Positions 19,205 through 28,430 are shown, counted from the stretch's first letter. The stretch: 64,000 nucleotides of DNA from an uncultured Micavibrio sp. (GCA_964351905.1 CAYGPG010000002.1:49320-113319); one strand, 5' to 3'. Notes: generated from the letters alone by a model not told the origin. Made by a program: numbers and translations.

Positions 19205-20230
19205 GTGACTAAAAAAGCTCTTATTACAGGGATTACAGGCCAAGATGGCGCTATTTTAGCTGAAATTTTGCTCAATAAAGAGTATGACGTGCATGGTATG
19301 CGGGAATATTCCGCCGTGCCTGATGAGGAACGCTTAAGCCATTTAGAGGATTTAAATCTGCATTATGGTGATATGACGGATTCCTCAAGTTTGTTGCGAT
19401 TGATTGATAAAACACAGCCTGATGAAATTTATAATTTAGCAGCGTTGAGTCATGTTCATGCCAGTTTTGATTTACCTGAAGTGACCGCCAATACGAATGC
19501 GTTAGGGCCGTTAAGGATTTTGGAAGTGCTACGCAATATGAGCGCGACAAAAGAAATTAAATTTTATCAGGCCTCCAGTTCTGAAATGTTTGGGCGTACG
19601 CCTACACCGCAAAATGAGGACAGTGTTTTTGAACCGTGCAGTCCATATGGCACGGCGAAACTTTATGCGTATTGGATGGTTAAAAATTATCGCGACACTT
19701 ATGGATTGTTTGCCTGTAATGGCATTTTATTTAATCATGAAAGCGCGACACGCGGTGAGAATTTTGTAACGCGTAAAATCACCAAAGCAGTGTGTGAAAT
19801 TGAAGCAGGAATGCGTGACAATATCACGTTGGGAAATTTAGAATCCCAAAGAGATTGGGGGCATGCCAAAGATTATATGGAAGGCGCGTGGAAAATGCTG
19901 CAACGCGAAACGCCCGGTGACTATGTGTTGGCAACAGGAAAATCTTATAGCGTTAGGGATTTTGTCAATAGTGCCTTTAAGCATATCGGTCGTGAAATTA
20001 TGTGGGATGGGCAGGGTTTAGAAGAGGTTGGGCGCGATAAAATTTCTGGCCAAATACTTGTTAAAATAGATCCTGATCTTTTTCGTCCTAAGGAAGTTCA
20101 TCATTTATTGGGCGATGCCTCAAAAGCGCAAAAAGAATTAGGGTGGAGCCCTAAAATTTCTTTTGAGCAGATGATTTCAGAAATGATTGACGCAGATCGT
20201 TTAGTCTCAAAAAAATATAATGCCGCTTAA
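19205..20230 (+). CDS. gmd: GDP-mannose 4,6-dehydratase
   Basis: 341 aa with a GTG start. ITGITGQDG, SSSEMFG and YGTAKLYAYW. Confidence 0.9.
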   Translation: MTKKALITGITGQDGAILAEILLNKEYDVHGMREYSAVPDEERLSHLEDLNLHYGDMTDSSSLLRLIDKTQPDEIYNLAALSHVHASFDLPEVTANTNALGPLRILEVLRNMSATKEIKFYQASSSEMFGRTPTPQNEDSVFEPCSPYGTAKLYAYWMVKNYRDTYGLFACNGILFNHESATRGENFVTRKITKAVCEIEAGMRDNITLGNLESQRDWGHAKDYMEGAWKMLQRETPGDYVLATGKSYSVRDFVNSAFKHIGREIMWDGQGLEEVGRDKISGQILVKIDPDLFRPKEVHHLLGDASKAQKELGWSPKISFEQMISEMIDADRLVSKKYNAA

Positions 20231-21161
20231 AGATTTAAAAAACAAACGCGTTTGGGTCGCAGGCGAAACAGGCTTGGTTGGGCGCGCTGTTACATCTCGT
20301 TTAAAATCAGAGAATTGTGAAATTATTTCTGCAGCGCATGATGTTTTAGATTTAACAGATCAACGACAAACTTATGATTGGATGGCGAAACATAAGCCCG
20401 ATGTAATCATCATGGCGGCGGGTAAGGTTGGCGGTATTGGCGCGAACAGTCAAAATCAGGCTGAGTTTTTGTTCCAAAACCTCTCAATGGCGCAAAATGT
20501 TATCCATGGGGCATTTCAGGCAGGTGTTGAGAATTTATTATATTTAGGATCGTCGTGCATTTACCCCAAAATGGCGGAGCAACCTATCAAAGAAGACGCG
20601 TTATTGACGAGGGAGTTAGAGCCGACCAATGAAGGATATGCGTTGGCAAAAATTATGGGATTAAAATTGTGTCAGTATTATAAAGCGCAATATAGTGTGA
20701 ATTATATATCCGCTATGCCAACAAACTTATACGGGCCGTTTGACCGTTTTGACGAAGAAATATCACACGTTATTGCTTCGCTCATTTTAAAAATCCATAA
20801 AGCGAAAATTGAAAATAAAGAAAACGTGACGTTGTGGGGAACAGGTGCGCCGTTACGAGAATTTTTATATAATTATGATTTGGCGGAAGGGTTAATTCAT
20901 CTTTTGAAAAATTATGATGGTGATACGCCTGTCAATATTGGAAGTGGGAAAGAGATTTCGATTCAAGAGCTGGCGCAGAAAATATCATCTATTGTTGGTT
21001 ATGAAGGACGCATTGAATTTGATACGTCAAAACCTGATGGAACGCCGCGTAAATTATTGGACTCATCAAAAATTAATCAGATAGGTTGGCGAGCGAAAAC
21101 GCCTTTGGATATAGGTCTGCAAAGAACGTATGATTGGTTTTTGGAAAACGTAAAGTTTTAA
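20220..21161 (+). CDS. fcl: GDP-L-fucose synthase
   Basis: 313 aa. VAGETGLVGRA, GSSCIYP and YALAK. Overlaps gmd by 11 nt. Confidence 0.9.
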   Translation: MPLKDLKNKRVWVAGETGLVGRAVTSRLKSENCEIISAAHDVLDLTDQRQTYDWMAKHKPDVIIMAAGKVGGIGANSQNQAEFLFQNLSMAQNVIHGAFQAGVENLLYLGSSCIYPKMAEQPIKEDALLTRELEPTNEGYALAKIMGLKLCQYYKAQYSVNYISAMPTNLYGPFDRFDEEISHVIASLILKIHKAKIENKENVTLWGTGAPLREFLYNYDLAEGLIHLLKNYDGDTPVNIGSGKEISIQELAQKISSIVGYEGRIEFDTSKPDGTPRKLLDSSKINQIGWRAKTPLDIGLQRTYDWFLENVKF

Positions 21162-21165
21162 TTTC

Positions 21166-21220
21166 ACAACACATCCCAGCGAAAGCTGGGATCTAGATTC
21201 CTGCCTACGCAGGAATGTGG
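21166..21220. repeat. Double-hairpin palindromic repeat
   Basis: CACATCCCAGCGAAAGCTGGGATCTAGATTCCTGCCTACGCAGGAATGTG. Two stem-loops are arranged as an inverted duplication around ATCTAGAT, between convergent genes. Confidence 0.6.
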
Positions 21221-21228
21221 CAATTTTG

Positions 21229-21600
21229 TTAAGATATTTTACGCATGGTCAGTAACGTAACATCGTTATCATATTCAACCTGACCAGACATTTGAAGTTT
21301 ATCGCCTTTACGCGCTAATTTAAGAATGGCTTTGTAGGTGACAGGTTCCCGCGTCGGAGACCCATCAGGTTTTGTTAGGGAGAAATCACCATCGGCATCA
21401 GATGGATCAGCGACAGAAATCATTTCCACTTCGGCTTCATTTAAAATCGTAAAGGTGCTTGTCCAAAGACAGTTTGCACCATCGCGGCGCTTTGTTTGAC
21501 CGTTTTTAATTTCTGTTACACCATCACTTTTTTTGGCCAAAGGGCCATTGTAGCTTGTTGTGCTACTGACTTGATATGTGCCGTCTAATTCATGAGTCAT
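21229..21600 (-). CDS. Hypothetical small protein, apparently beta-rich by eye
   Basis: 123 aa with no signal peptide. Its ATG lies 1 nt after the stop of the upstream M3 peptidase gene. Confidence 0.5.
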   Translation of the reverse strand: MTHELDGTYQVSSTTSYNGPLAKKSDGVTEIKNGQTKRRDGANCLWTSTFTILNEAEVEMISVADPSDADGDFSLTKPDGSPTREPVTYKAILKLARKGDKLQMSGQVEYDNDVTLLTMRKIS

Positions 21601-21601
21601 T

Positions 21602-23641
21602 TTAGGCCGCCTTTAATAAACCTTCACGGCGTAAGAGCGCATCAGGGTCTGCATCACGACCGCGGAAGCGTTTATAAAGCACTTCGGGTGGCTCACTACC
21701 GCCGCGTGAGAGGATGTTATCAATATAATTTTGTGCGGTTTCTTTATCATATAGGCCGCGTTCTTCGAAGAGTTCGAAGGTGTCGGCATCTAAAACTTCT
21801 GCCCATTTGTAAGAGTAATAGCCCGCGGCATAGCCGCCTGCAAAAATGTGGCTGAAAGAGGTGGACATAGGCCCTGCATAACGCGGGAACAGGCGTGTGT
21901 CTTCCGTTGCTTCGTCTTCAAATTCAGCAACATCTTTAATGGATGATGGATCAGCCGTGTGCCAGCGCATATCCATCAAACCAAAGCTGGCTTGGCGAAG
22001 GCCGCCCATGCCGATCATAAAGTTTTTGGCTTTGTTTACTTTTTCAATGAGTTCTTCAGGAATTTTTTCGCCTGTTTCATAATGTGCTGCAAAGAGATCG
22101 AGCGTTTCTTTTTTATATGCCCAATTTTCTTGTGCCTGAGAGGGGAGTTCTACAAAGTCCCAAAGCACGGAGGTTCCCGCGTGTGACGAATATGTAACGT
22201 TGGATAAAAGTGCGTGAGTCGCGTGTCCCATTTCATGGAATAGGGTTGTGACTTCGCCAAAACTTAAAAGTGAGGGCGCGTCTTTGGTTGGTTTTGTAAA
22301 GTTGCAAACGATGGCAACGATGGGTTGTTTAATTTCTCCACCTTGCAAGCCTTGATCACGATAACTGGTTTTCCAGGCTCCTGATTTTTTACCTGTACGC
22401 GGGTAAAAATCAGCATAGAGCAAGCCAATGAAATCATTGGTATCACGGTGGCGAACCTCATACGCTGTGACGTCTTTGTGCCATGTTGGCACGTTGGCGG
22501 CGGGGGTGAATTTCAGGGCGAACAGGCGACTGAAATGTTCAAACACACCATCTAAAACATTTTCGAGGGGGAAGTAAGGGCGCAGTTCTTCGCTTGAATA
22601 ATCAAACAGTTTTTGCTTCATCTTCTCGCTATAATATCCAACATCCCACGGCTTCAGGTCGCCGTTAAAACCATTTTCATTAGCAAATTCTTGAAGGTCT
22701 TTAAGTTCTTGTTCTGCGGCGGGTTTATAAGCATCGCGTAATTGTTCAAGAAAGCTTATGACATTGGTAGGTAATTTTGCCATGCGGCGCTCGAGTACAA
22801 AATCCGCGTGTGTGTTATATCCAAGTAATTTTGCCTTTTCATTACGTAGTGCCACAATTTTTTTGATGTTGTCACAGTTATCAAAGTCATCTTCATAGGC
22901 ACGGTTTGAAAAGGCGCGCCAAACATGTTCGCGCAATTTACGATTGTCAGCGTACGTTACAAAAGGCCCAAAGCTTGGGTAATCAAGGGTGATAAGCCAT
23001 TTTCCATCATACCCTTTTTCTTCTGCGGCGGCCTTTGCGCCCGCAATAGCAGTGTCAGGTAAACCTGCCAAATCATCTTCATCCTCAATAATTAGTTCAA
23101 ACTGTTCAGCAGATTTTGTCGCATTGTTCATGAAGGTTGGACCCATCGTGGACATTTCTTTTGAAATTTCACGTAAACGCTCTTTTTTCTTTTCATCAAG
23201 CAATGCACCGCTGCGGACAAAGCCGATATAGGTGTCTTCGAGTAGCGTTGTTTCTTCGACGTTTAAATCAAGATCATCTTTTTGGTCGTAAACGGCTTTA
23301 ATTTTTTTAAAGAGGTCTGCGTCCAAAGACACATCGCTTGAGAAATTAGCACTCAAGGGACCAATTTCTTGGGCAAGGTCTTCGAGCTTATCATTACCTG
23401 CGGCAGAAAGTTGGTTATAGAAGATTGATGTGATGGTGCCTAAGCACTCTGATGCGCTTTCTAAGGAAACGATAGTATTTTCAAAAGTTGGCGCGTCTGT
23501 GTTGGCTTTGATGGCGTCAATATTGGCGCGGGCTTCTTTGATCGCGGATTCCACGGCGGGGAAGTAATTTTCTTCCTTAATTTTGTCAAAAGGCGGTGCC
23601 TGATAAGGGGTGGTAAATTCTTCTAGTAAAATATTGGTCAT
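21602..23641 (-). CDS. M3 family zinc metallopeptidase (oligopeptidase A / peptidyl-dipeptidase Dcp type)
   Basis: 680 aa counted from the internal ATG at 23641 (MTNILLEEFTTPYQAPPFDKI). Zinc motif LFHEMGHATH and C-terminal FSHIFAGGYAAGYYSYKW. Confidence 0.85.
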   Translation of the reverse strand: MTNILLEEFTTPYQAPPFDKIKEENYFPAVESAIKEARANIDAIKANTDAPTFENTIVSLESASECLGTITSIFYNQLSAAGNDKLEDLAQEIGPLSANFSSDVSLDADLFKKIKAVYDQKDDLDLNVEETTLLEDTYIGFVRSGALLDEKKKERLREISKEMSTMGPTFMNNATKSAEQFELIIEDEDDLAGLPDTAIAGAKAAAEEKGYDGKWLITLDYPSFGPFVTYADNRKLREHVWRAFSNRAYEDDFDNCDNIKKIVALRNEKAKLLGYNTHADFVLERRMAKLPTNVISFLEQLRDAYKPAAEQELKDLQEFANENGFNGDLKPWDVGYYSEKMKQKLFDYSSEELRPYFPLENVLDGVFEHFSRLFALKFTPAANVPTWHKDVTAYEVRHRDTNDFIGLLYADFYPRTGKKSGAWKTSYRDQGLQGGEIKQPIVAIVCNFTKPTKDAPSLLSFGEVTTLFHEMGHATHALLSNVTYSSHAGTSVLWDFVELPSQAQENWAYKKETLDLFAAHYETGEKIPEELIEKVNKAKNFMIGMGGLRQASFGLMDMRWHTADPSSIKDVAEFEDEATEDTRLFPRYAGPMSTSFSHIFAGGYAAGYYSYKWAEVLDADTFELFEERGLYDKETAQNYIDNILSRGGSEPPEVLYKRFRGRDADPDALLRREGLLKAA

Positions 23642-23698
23642 TGTTGCTTTGCATCTTTGTTGTTTGAAAATCTTATAAAGGTGATTATAACCATTTTT

Positions 23699-25492
23699 AT
23701 GAAAGGTGCACCCCGTTCCGACCAATTTGATGATATTTATTTTTCGACCAACGATGGTTTGGCGGAAACAAAGCACGTGTTTTTGGATGGGAATGACTTG
23801 CCCGCTGCGTGGCAGGGACGTGATAGCTTTGTTATTGCCGAGACAGGCTTTGGCACGGGGTTGAATTTTTTGAGTGCTTGGAAGTTGTTTGAGCAAAATT
23901 CTAAGCCGCATCAGACGCTAGATTTTATCTCCGTTGAAAAATATCCTTTAACGCCTGACTTTATACATGACGCATTGCAGCCTTGGGCGGATTATTTTGA
24001 CGGACGTTTAGACATTTTAGTAAAAAAATATCCCTTGCGCATTGCTGGATTTCATCGCGTGAAGATTAATTCTCAAATTACGTTGACGCTTCTTTTTGAT
24101 GATGTGGAAGATGCTTTAACTGAATTAGACGCATCAGTTGATTGTTGGTTTTTGGATGGTTTTACACCCACCAAAAATCCACAAATGTGGAGCAATCAAG
24201 TTTTTGAGCAAATGGCACGATTGTCGAAAAAGGATGCAAGCGTAGCGACATTTACGGCGGCAGGTGATGTGCGTCGTGGATTGGAAACTGTTGGCTTTGA
24301 TGTTCAAAAAATAAAAGGCTTTGGGCAAAAGCGTGAAATGATTGTTGGGCGTTTTTCTAAGGATACGGTCACGCCAGAGAAGAAGAAAGTTAAAACGGTT
24401 GCGATTATTGGGGGTGGTTTGTCGGGGACGGCCTGTGCCTATACATTGAAACAATATGGATTTGAACCAGTTATCTATGAAGCGGCAGATCATTTGGCAG
24501 CGGGGGCGTCAGGCAATTCGACTGGCTTTTACAATCCGCGTTTTACGGCGCAACGTGATCCTATTTCGAATTTCTTTGCCCCTGCTTATGCGCAGTTTGC
24601 GAGGTTAGCGGAAGAAGTTGGCGAGAAAATTCAACATCATGGTTGTGGTGCTTTGCATTTGATCAATACGCCAGAAAAAGAAAAACGGTTTAAAGGTTTA
24701 ATTGAAAAATGGGGGTGGCATGAAGATTATGCCAAAATTTTGATACCTGAAGAGACGAGTGAGATTGCAGGTATAGAGATTGAAACGAGTGCCTTATATT
24801 TGCAAAATTCTGGTGGTGTTAATCCACAACAAGTATGTGAATTTTATGCGAAAGATATTGAGGTTCGTTATAACGCAAAAATTGAAAGCCTTGATGATTT
24901 AAAAGAAGATGCGGTTATTATTTGTAACGCGGCGGCGGCAAAAGAATTTGATGTTTTAGATTGGCTACCGCTAGAAACAGTGCGGGGGCAGGTGAGTATT
25001 TTAGGCTCAACGGCAAAAACCGAAAACTTAAAATGTAATATTCATTATGGCGGTTATTTATCAGCGAACCAAAATGGTGAGCATATGTGTGGTGCGACAT
25101 TTCAAAAATGGCATGACCATACGGATGTGATTGAAGACGATCATGCGCGTAATATTGAGGTTTTAAAATCAAATCTGCCTTTGTTAAAAGAGAGCGATTT
25201 AAACGCTCATTCGGGGTGGGCGGGTTTACGAACGGCATCACAAGATCGCTTTCCGGCTATTGGTCCTGTGCCTGACACGGATAATACCTATGTTGCGACG
25301 GCTTTTGGCTCGCATGGACTAGTGGGGTCAATCATGGGGGCGCATTATTTGGCAGATTGCCTGCGCGGCGGCCCAAAATGCCTACCCATAATGAGTGTTA
25401 ACGCATTGAAACCACAACGTTTTTTGGATCGGGCGCGCAAGAAAGAGCAAAAGAAAGGTCAAATTCGTACAAAAACTGCGTCATCAGAATAA
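23699..25492 (+). CDS. mnmC: Bifunctional tRNA mnm5s2U34 methyltransferase / FAD-dependent cmnm5s2U34 oxidoreductase
   Basis: N-terminal PRSDQFDDIYFS...ETGFGTGLNF (MnmD domain), then FAD-binding VAIIGGGLSGTACA (DAO domain). The start is uncertain, 23657 or 23699. Confidence 0.8.
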   Translation: MKGAPRSDQFDDIYFSTNDGLAETKHVFLDGNDLPAAWQGRDSFVIAETGFGTGLNFLSAWKLFEQNSKPHQTLDFISVEKYPLTPDFIHDALQPWADYFDGRLDILVKKYPLRIAGFHRVKINSQITLTLLFDDVEDALTELDASVDCWFLDGFTPTKNPQMWSNQVFEQMARLSKKDASVATFTAAGDVRRGLETVGFDVQKIKGFGQKREMIVGRFSKDTVTPEKKKVKTVAIIGGGLSGTACAYTLKQYGFEPVIYEAADHLAAGASGNSTGFYNPRFTAQRDPISNFFAPAYAQFARLAEEVGEKIQHHGCGALHLINTPEKEKRFKGLIEKWGWHEDYAKILIPEETSEIAGIEIETSALYLQNSGGVNPQQVCEFYAKDIEVRYNAKIESLDDLKEDAVIICNAAAAKEFDVLDWLPLETVRGQVSILGSTAKTENLKCNIHYGGYLSANQNGEHMCGATFQKWHDHTDVIEDDHARNIEVLKSNLPLLKESDLNAHSGWAGLRTASQDRFPAIGPVPDTDNTYVATAFGSHGLVGSIMGAHYLADCLRGGPKCLPIMSVNALKPQRFLDRARKKEQKKGQIRTKTASSE

Positions 25493-25529
25493 AAACTCGT
25501 GATATAATCAAAAGAAACGGGTTCTTTTC

Positions 25530-25691
25530 ATGAAAATAAAACACTTCTTAAAATCAGAAAATGGCGCAACAGCCATAGAATATGCGCTAATTGCCACTGG
25601 GATATCCCTTGCCATTGTTCTTGTTGTTTTTGCGTTCGGTGAACAGATTGCTGATCTGTATGACGGTCTTGCAACTTTGCTTGCGGGCTAA
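25530..25691 (+). CDS. flp: Flp family type IVb pilin
   Basis: 53 aa, below the ORF-track cutoff. MKIKHFLKSENG|ATAIEYALIATGISLAIVLVVF contains the Flp prepilin motif G/ATAIEYALI followed by a hydrophobic helix. Confidence 0.7.
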   Translation: MKIKHFLKSENGATAIEYALIATGISLAIVLVVFAFGEQIADLYDGLATLLAG

Positions 25692-25703
25692 TAGATTTAA
25701 TTC

Positions 25704-26762
25704 ATGATGGAATCACAATTCTTAGCGATCTTTCTGGTCGGCTTTATCATTTCTCTATTTCTTATGCCTGTGGGTATTTGGTTGGGTCATAAGTTTGGCT
25801 TGGTGGATACGCCAGGGGGGAGAAAAAAGCATAAGGGACCTGTTCCGTTGGTCGGCGGATTAATCATTATCCCCATCTTTTCTTTGCTTGTTTATTTTTC
25901 AGGTCTTTATCAGATAATGCCACTTTTCCCTTTATTAGGAGGGATATTCTTTCTTCTTATGATGGGGGCCGTGGATGATAAATACCATATTCCACCATGG
26001 GGACGGTTTGTTACGCAAATTTGGCTGGCTTGTTACATCGTTATTTTTTCAGGGGCAGAGATTGAAAATTTAGGTAATCTTTTTGGTTTTGGTGATGTGC
26101 ATTTAGGATGGTTTGCCAAAGCCTTTTCTGTCACCTGTTTAGTGCTACTCATGAACGCTCTCAACATGATGGATGGCCTTGATGGGCTAGCCAGTGGATT
26201 TTCTTGTGTCGCCTTAGGATGGTTGATGGTTGCGGCTTTACAATCGGGGTTAATGCCTTCCTTTTGGGCGATGGCTTTTTTGATAGCGCCGTTATTTGGC
26301 TTTCTTGCCTATAATATTCGCCATCCTTTGAGGCAAAAAGCGAGCATTTTTTTAGGTGATGCAGGATCGTTATCTTTGGCGTTATTGTTAGGATGGTTTG
26401 CTATTCACATGGCGCAAGATACAGATCAACCTGCGGCGATTCCTGCGGTAGTGATTATCTGGATTATGACGGTGCCGATCATGGATACGTTTGCGATTTT
26501 CTTTACCCGCATGCGACAAGGGCGAAGCCCGTTTGAAGCAGATCGTTTGCACCTTCATCACAAATTAATTGACCGTGGTATTGAAACAAAATATGCAACG
26601 CCTTTAATTCTAGCAGCTGCTGCTGTGACAGGTGGTATTGGATATTTGGGGATACAAATTGGTATTCCAGAATATGTTTTGCTTTATAGCTGGTCAGCTA
26701 TTTTAGCGGTTTATACGGCGTATCGTTTGAAATATGCAAAACAAAATATACCGCAAAATTGA
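25704..26762 (+). CDS. Undecaprenyl-phosphate N-acetylhexosamine-1-phosphate transferase (glycosyltransferase family 4, WecA/MraY-like)
   Basis: 352 aa with about 10 TM helices. Motifs VDDKYHI, NMMDGLDGLA and LGDAGS. Confidence 0.8.
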   Translation: MMESQFLAIFLVGFIISLFLMPVGIWLGHKFGLVDTPGGRKKHKGPVPLVGGLIIIPIFSLLVYFSGLYQIMPLFPLLGGIFFLLMMGAVDDKYHIPPWGRFVTQIWLACYIVIFSGAEIENLGNLFGFGDVHLGWFAKAFSVTCLVLLMNALNMMDGLDGLASGFSCVALGWLMVAALQSGLMPSFWAMAFLIAPLFGFLAYNIRHPLRQKASIFLGDAGSLSLALLLGWFAIHMAQDTDQPAAIPAVVIIWIMTVPIMDTFAIFFTRMRQGRSPFEADRLHLHHKLIDRGIETKYATPLILAAAAVTGGIGYLGIQIGIPEYVLLYSWSAILAVYTAYRLKYAKQNIPQN

Positions 26763-26872
26763 TTATTCTTTATAAAAACAAAATTTCTTCACTTTTAGGT
26801 GAACATTCTGACATGGTTGGTTGTTATAGTGTTGTAGAGTAAGAAATTAACATTAACGAAAAAGGAAATACT

Positions 26873-27187
26873 ATGAAGAAATTATTATTATTAGCTGCGT
26901 TTGGTGTTGCTGTATCTACTGCGCCTGCAATTGCGGGTCACCATGAAGGTATGGGCGATAAAAAACATAAAATGTTTGAGAAACATGACACAAACGGTGA
27001 TGGCATGATTTCCATGGATGAATATATGGCCAAAGCAAAAGCAAAATTTGCTGAAAAAGATGTAAATGGCGATGGCATGATTTCTCAAGAAGAAGCCAAG
27101 GAAGCTAAATCTGAAAAGCGTGAGAAGTGGAAAGAAAAGCGCGAAAAAATGAAGGAAATGAAAACGGAAATGAAAGATTCTGAATAA
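26873..27187 (+). CDS. Secreted EF-hand calcium-binding protein
   Basis: 104 aa with a signal peptide. Two canonical EF loops, DTNGDGMISMDE and DVNGDGMISQEE, and a K/E-rich tail. Confidence 0.7.
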   Translation: MKKLLLLAAFGVAVSTAPAIAGHHEGMGDKKHKMFEKHDTNGDGMISMDEYMAKAKAKFAEKDVNGDGMISQEEAKEAKSEKREKWKEKREKMKEMKTEMKDSE

Positions 27188-27213
27188 TCTTTTTTTAATA
27201 TTATAATTTATAA

Positions 27214-27241
27214 AAAGCCTGACAATGTTCAGGCTTTTTTA
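27214..27241. terminator. Bidirectional rho-independent terminator between convergent genes
   Basis: AAAAAGCCTGACAATGTTCAGGCTTTTTT. 8-bp stem AAGCCTGA/TCAGGCTT flanked by A and T runs. Overlaps the trhO stop codon. Confidence 0.6.
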
Positions 27242-28171
27242 TTGGTCTCCAGGAATGGTTTCGCCCGCTTGTTTCATTTGTTCGTGACGCATACGAAAAG
27301 ATCTTGCACGTTCTGGTGTTAGCTTGTCGATACAATGGGGGCAAGACACACCTTTTTCGTAAGAGGAGGCTTCCGCGTCTTCTTGCGTTAAAGGAAAGCG
27401 GCAACCATAGCAAATTTGATAGGGGGCTTCTTTTAAATCTTGCCCGACGGCGACGCGGCGGTCGAAGACAAAACAATCCCCATCCCATTGGCTTTGCTCT
27501 GCAGGGACTTCTTCTAAATATTTTAAAATACCACCTTGTAGGTGATAAACTTCTTCAAATCCATGGGCGAGCATATAGCTTGAGGCTTTTTCACAGCGGA
27601 TACCGCCTGTGCAAAACATAGCGACTTTCTTTTGCTTTTTAGGATCCATGTTTTTGTGAACATAATCTTTAAATTCAGTGAAGGTTTCAATTTTAGGATC
27701 AATCGCGCCTTTAAAAATGCCGACAGCTGTTTCGTATGTGTTACGGGTATCAATGAGAGTGACTTCTGGATCAGCGATAAGATCGTTCCAGTCTTCGGGC
27801 GTAACATAATCGCCTACAAGCTCCGTTGGGTTCGCCTCTGGTGCCTTCATCGTGATGATTTCTTTTTTCAAACGTACTTTGATACGACGAAAAGGGCGTT
27901 CGGACGCGTGAGAATATTTCAATTCACCTTTTGAAATACCCGCAATCTCATCGAGAAGTTTTATGAGTTTAGGAATGGCTTCCCCTTGCCCTGCAACGGT
28001 GCCGTTAATGCCCTCAGTAGCAATAAGGAGTGTGCCGCAAATGTCATTCTCATCACAGAGAGCTTTAATACGTTTTTGTAATTTGGGTAAGTCTTCAAGT
28101 GCCACAAAGCGGTAGAGTGCTGCAACAGTCCATTCTTCTTCCAATGCGGCATTTAATTCCTTATTTTCCAT
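27239..28171 (-). CDS. trhO: Rhodanese-domain tRNA U34 hydroxylase (UPF0176/YceA family)
   Basis: 310 aa. Rhodanese active loop FCTGGIRCEKAS and C-terminal Cys cluster CYGCRFP...CPHC. Confidence 0.8.
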   Translation of the reverse strand: MENKELNAALEEEWTVAALYRFVALEDLPKLQKRIKALCDENDICGTLLIATEGINGTVAGQGEAIPKLIKLLDEIAGISKGELKYSHASERPFRRIKVRLKKEIITMKAPEANPTELVGDYVTPEDWNDLIADPEVTLIDTRNTYETAVGIFKGAIDPKIETFTEFKDYVHKNMDPKKQKKVAMFCTGGIRCEKASSYMLAHGFEEVYHLQGGILKYLEEVPAEQSQWDGDCFVFDRRVAVGQDLKEAPYQICYGCRFPLTQEDAEASSYEKGVSCPHCIDKLTPERARSFRMRHEQMKQAGETIPGDQ

Positions 28172-28414
28172 GTGCCTTTATATACGGTGAATTCCTGCCA
28201 AATTCAATAAAAACTGTTTGAGGCACTATTTTGCAAAAAATAAACGATTAAGGTATTGATTTAATTTAGTTTTATTATGAATATGCTTATTCGTTAATAT
28301 GTTAATATTTTCCTCATGAATAATTAATAAAATCGTTGTATAATAGGGTTTGGAGCAACATATTGTAATATTATTACACTGCCAGATTTTAATATGAAGG
28401 AACTATCTTAAAAC

Positions 28415-28430
28415 TGGTATGAATATTGCA
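28415..28430 (+). promoter_or_regulatory. Candidate sigma-54 (-24/-12) promoter of the flagellin-like gene
   Basis: TGGTATGAATATTGCA has GG and GC at the spacing of the TGGCAC-N5-TTGCW consensus. It lies 31 nt upstream of the ATG, with a GGAAGG Shine-Dalgarno in between and a long AT-rich tract upstream. Confidence 0.4.

Noticed and set aside
23642-23911. 90-codon N-terminal extension of the M3 peptidase ORF (track ORF 21602-23911)
   Set aside because: The extension overlaps the divergent mnmC gene and has an unprotein-like composition. Homologous peptidases begin at the equivalent of MTNILLEEF (ATG at 23641).
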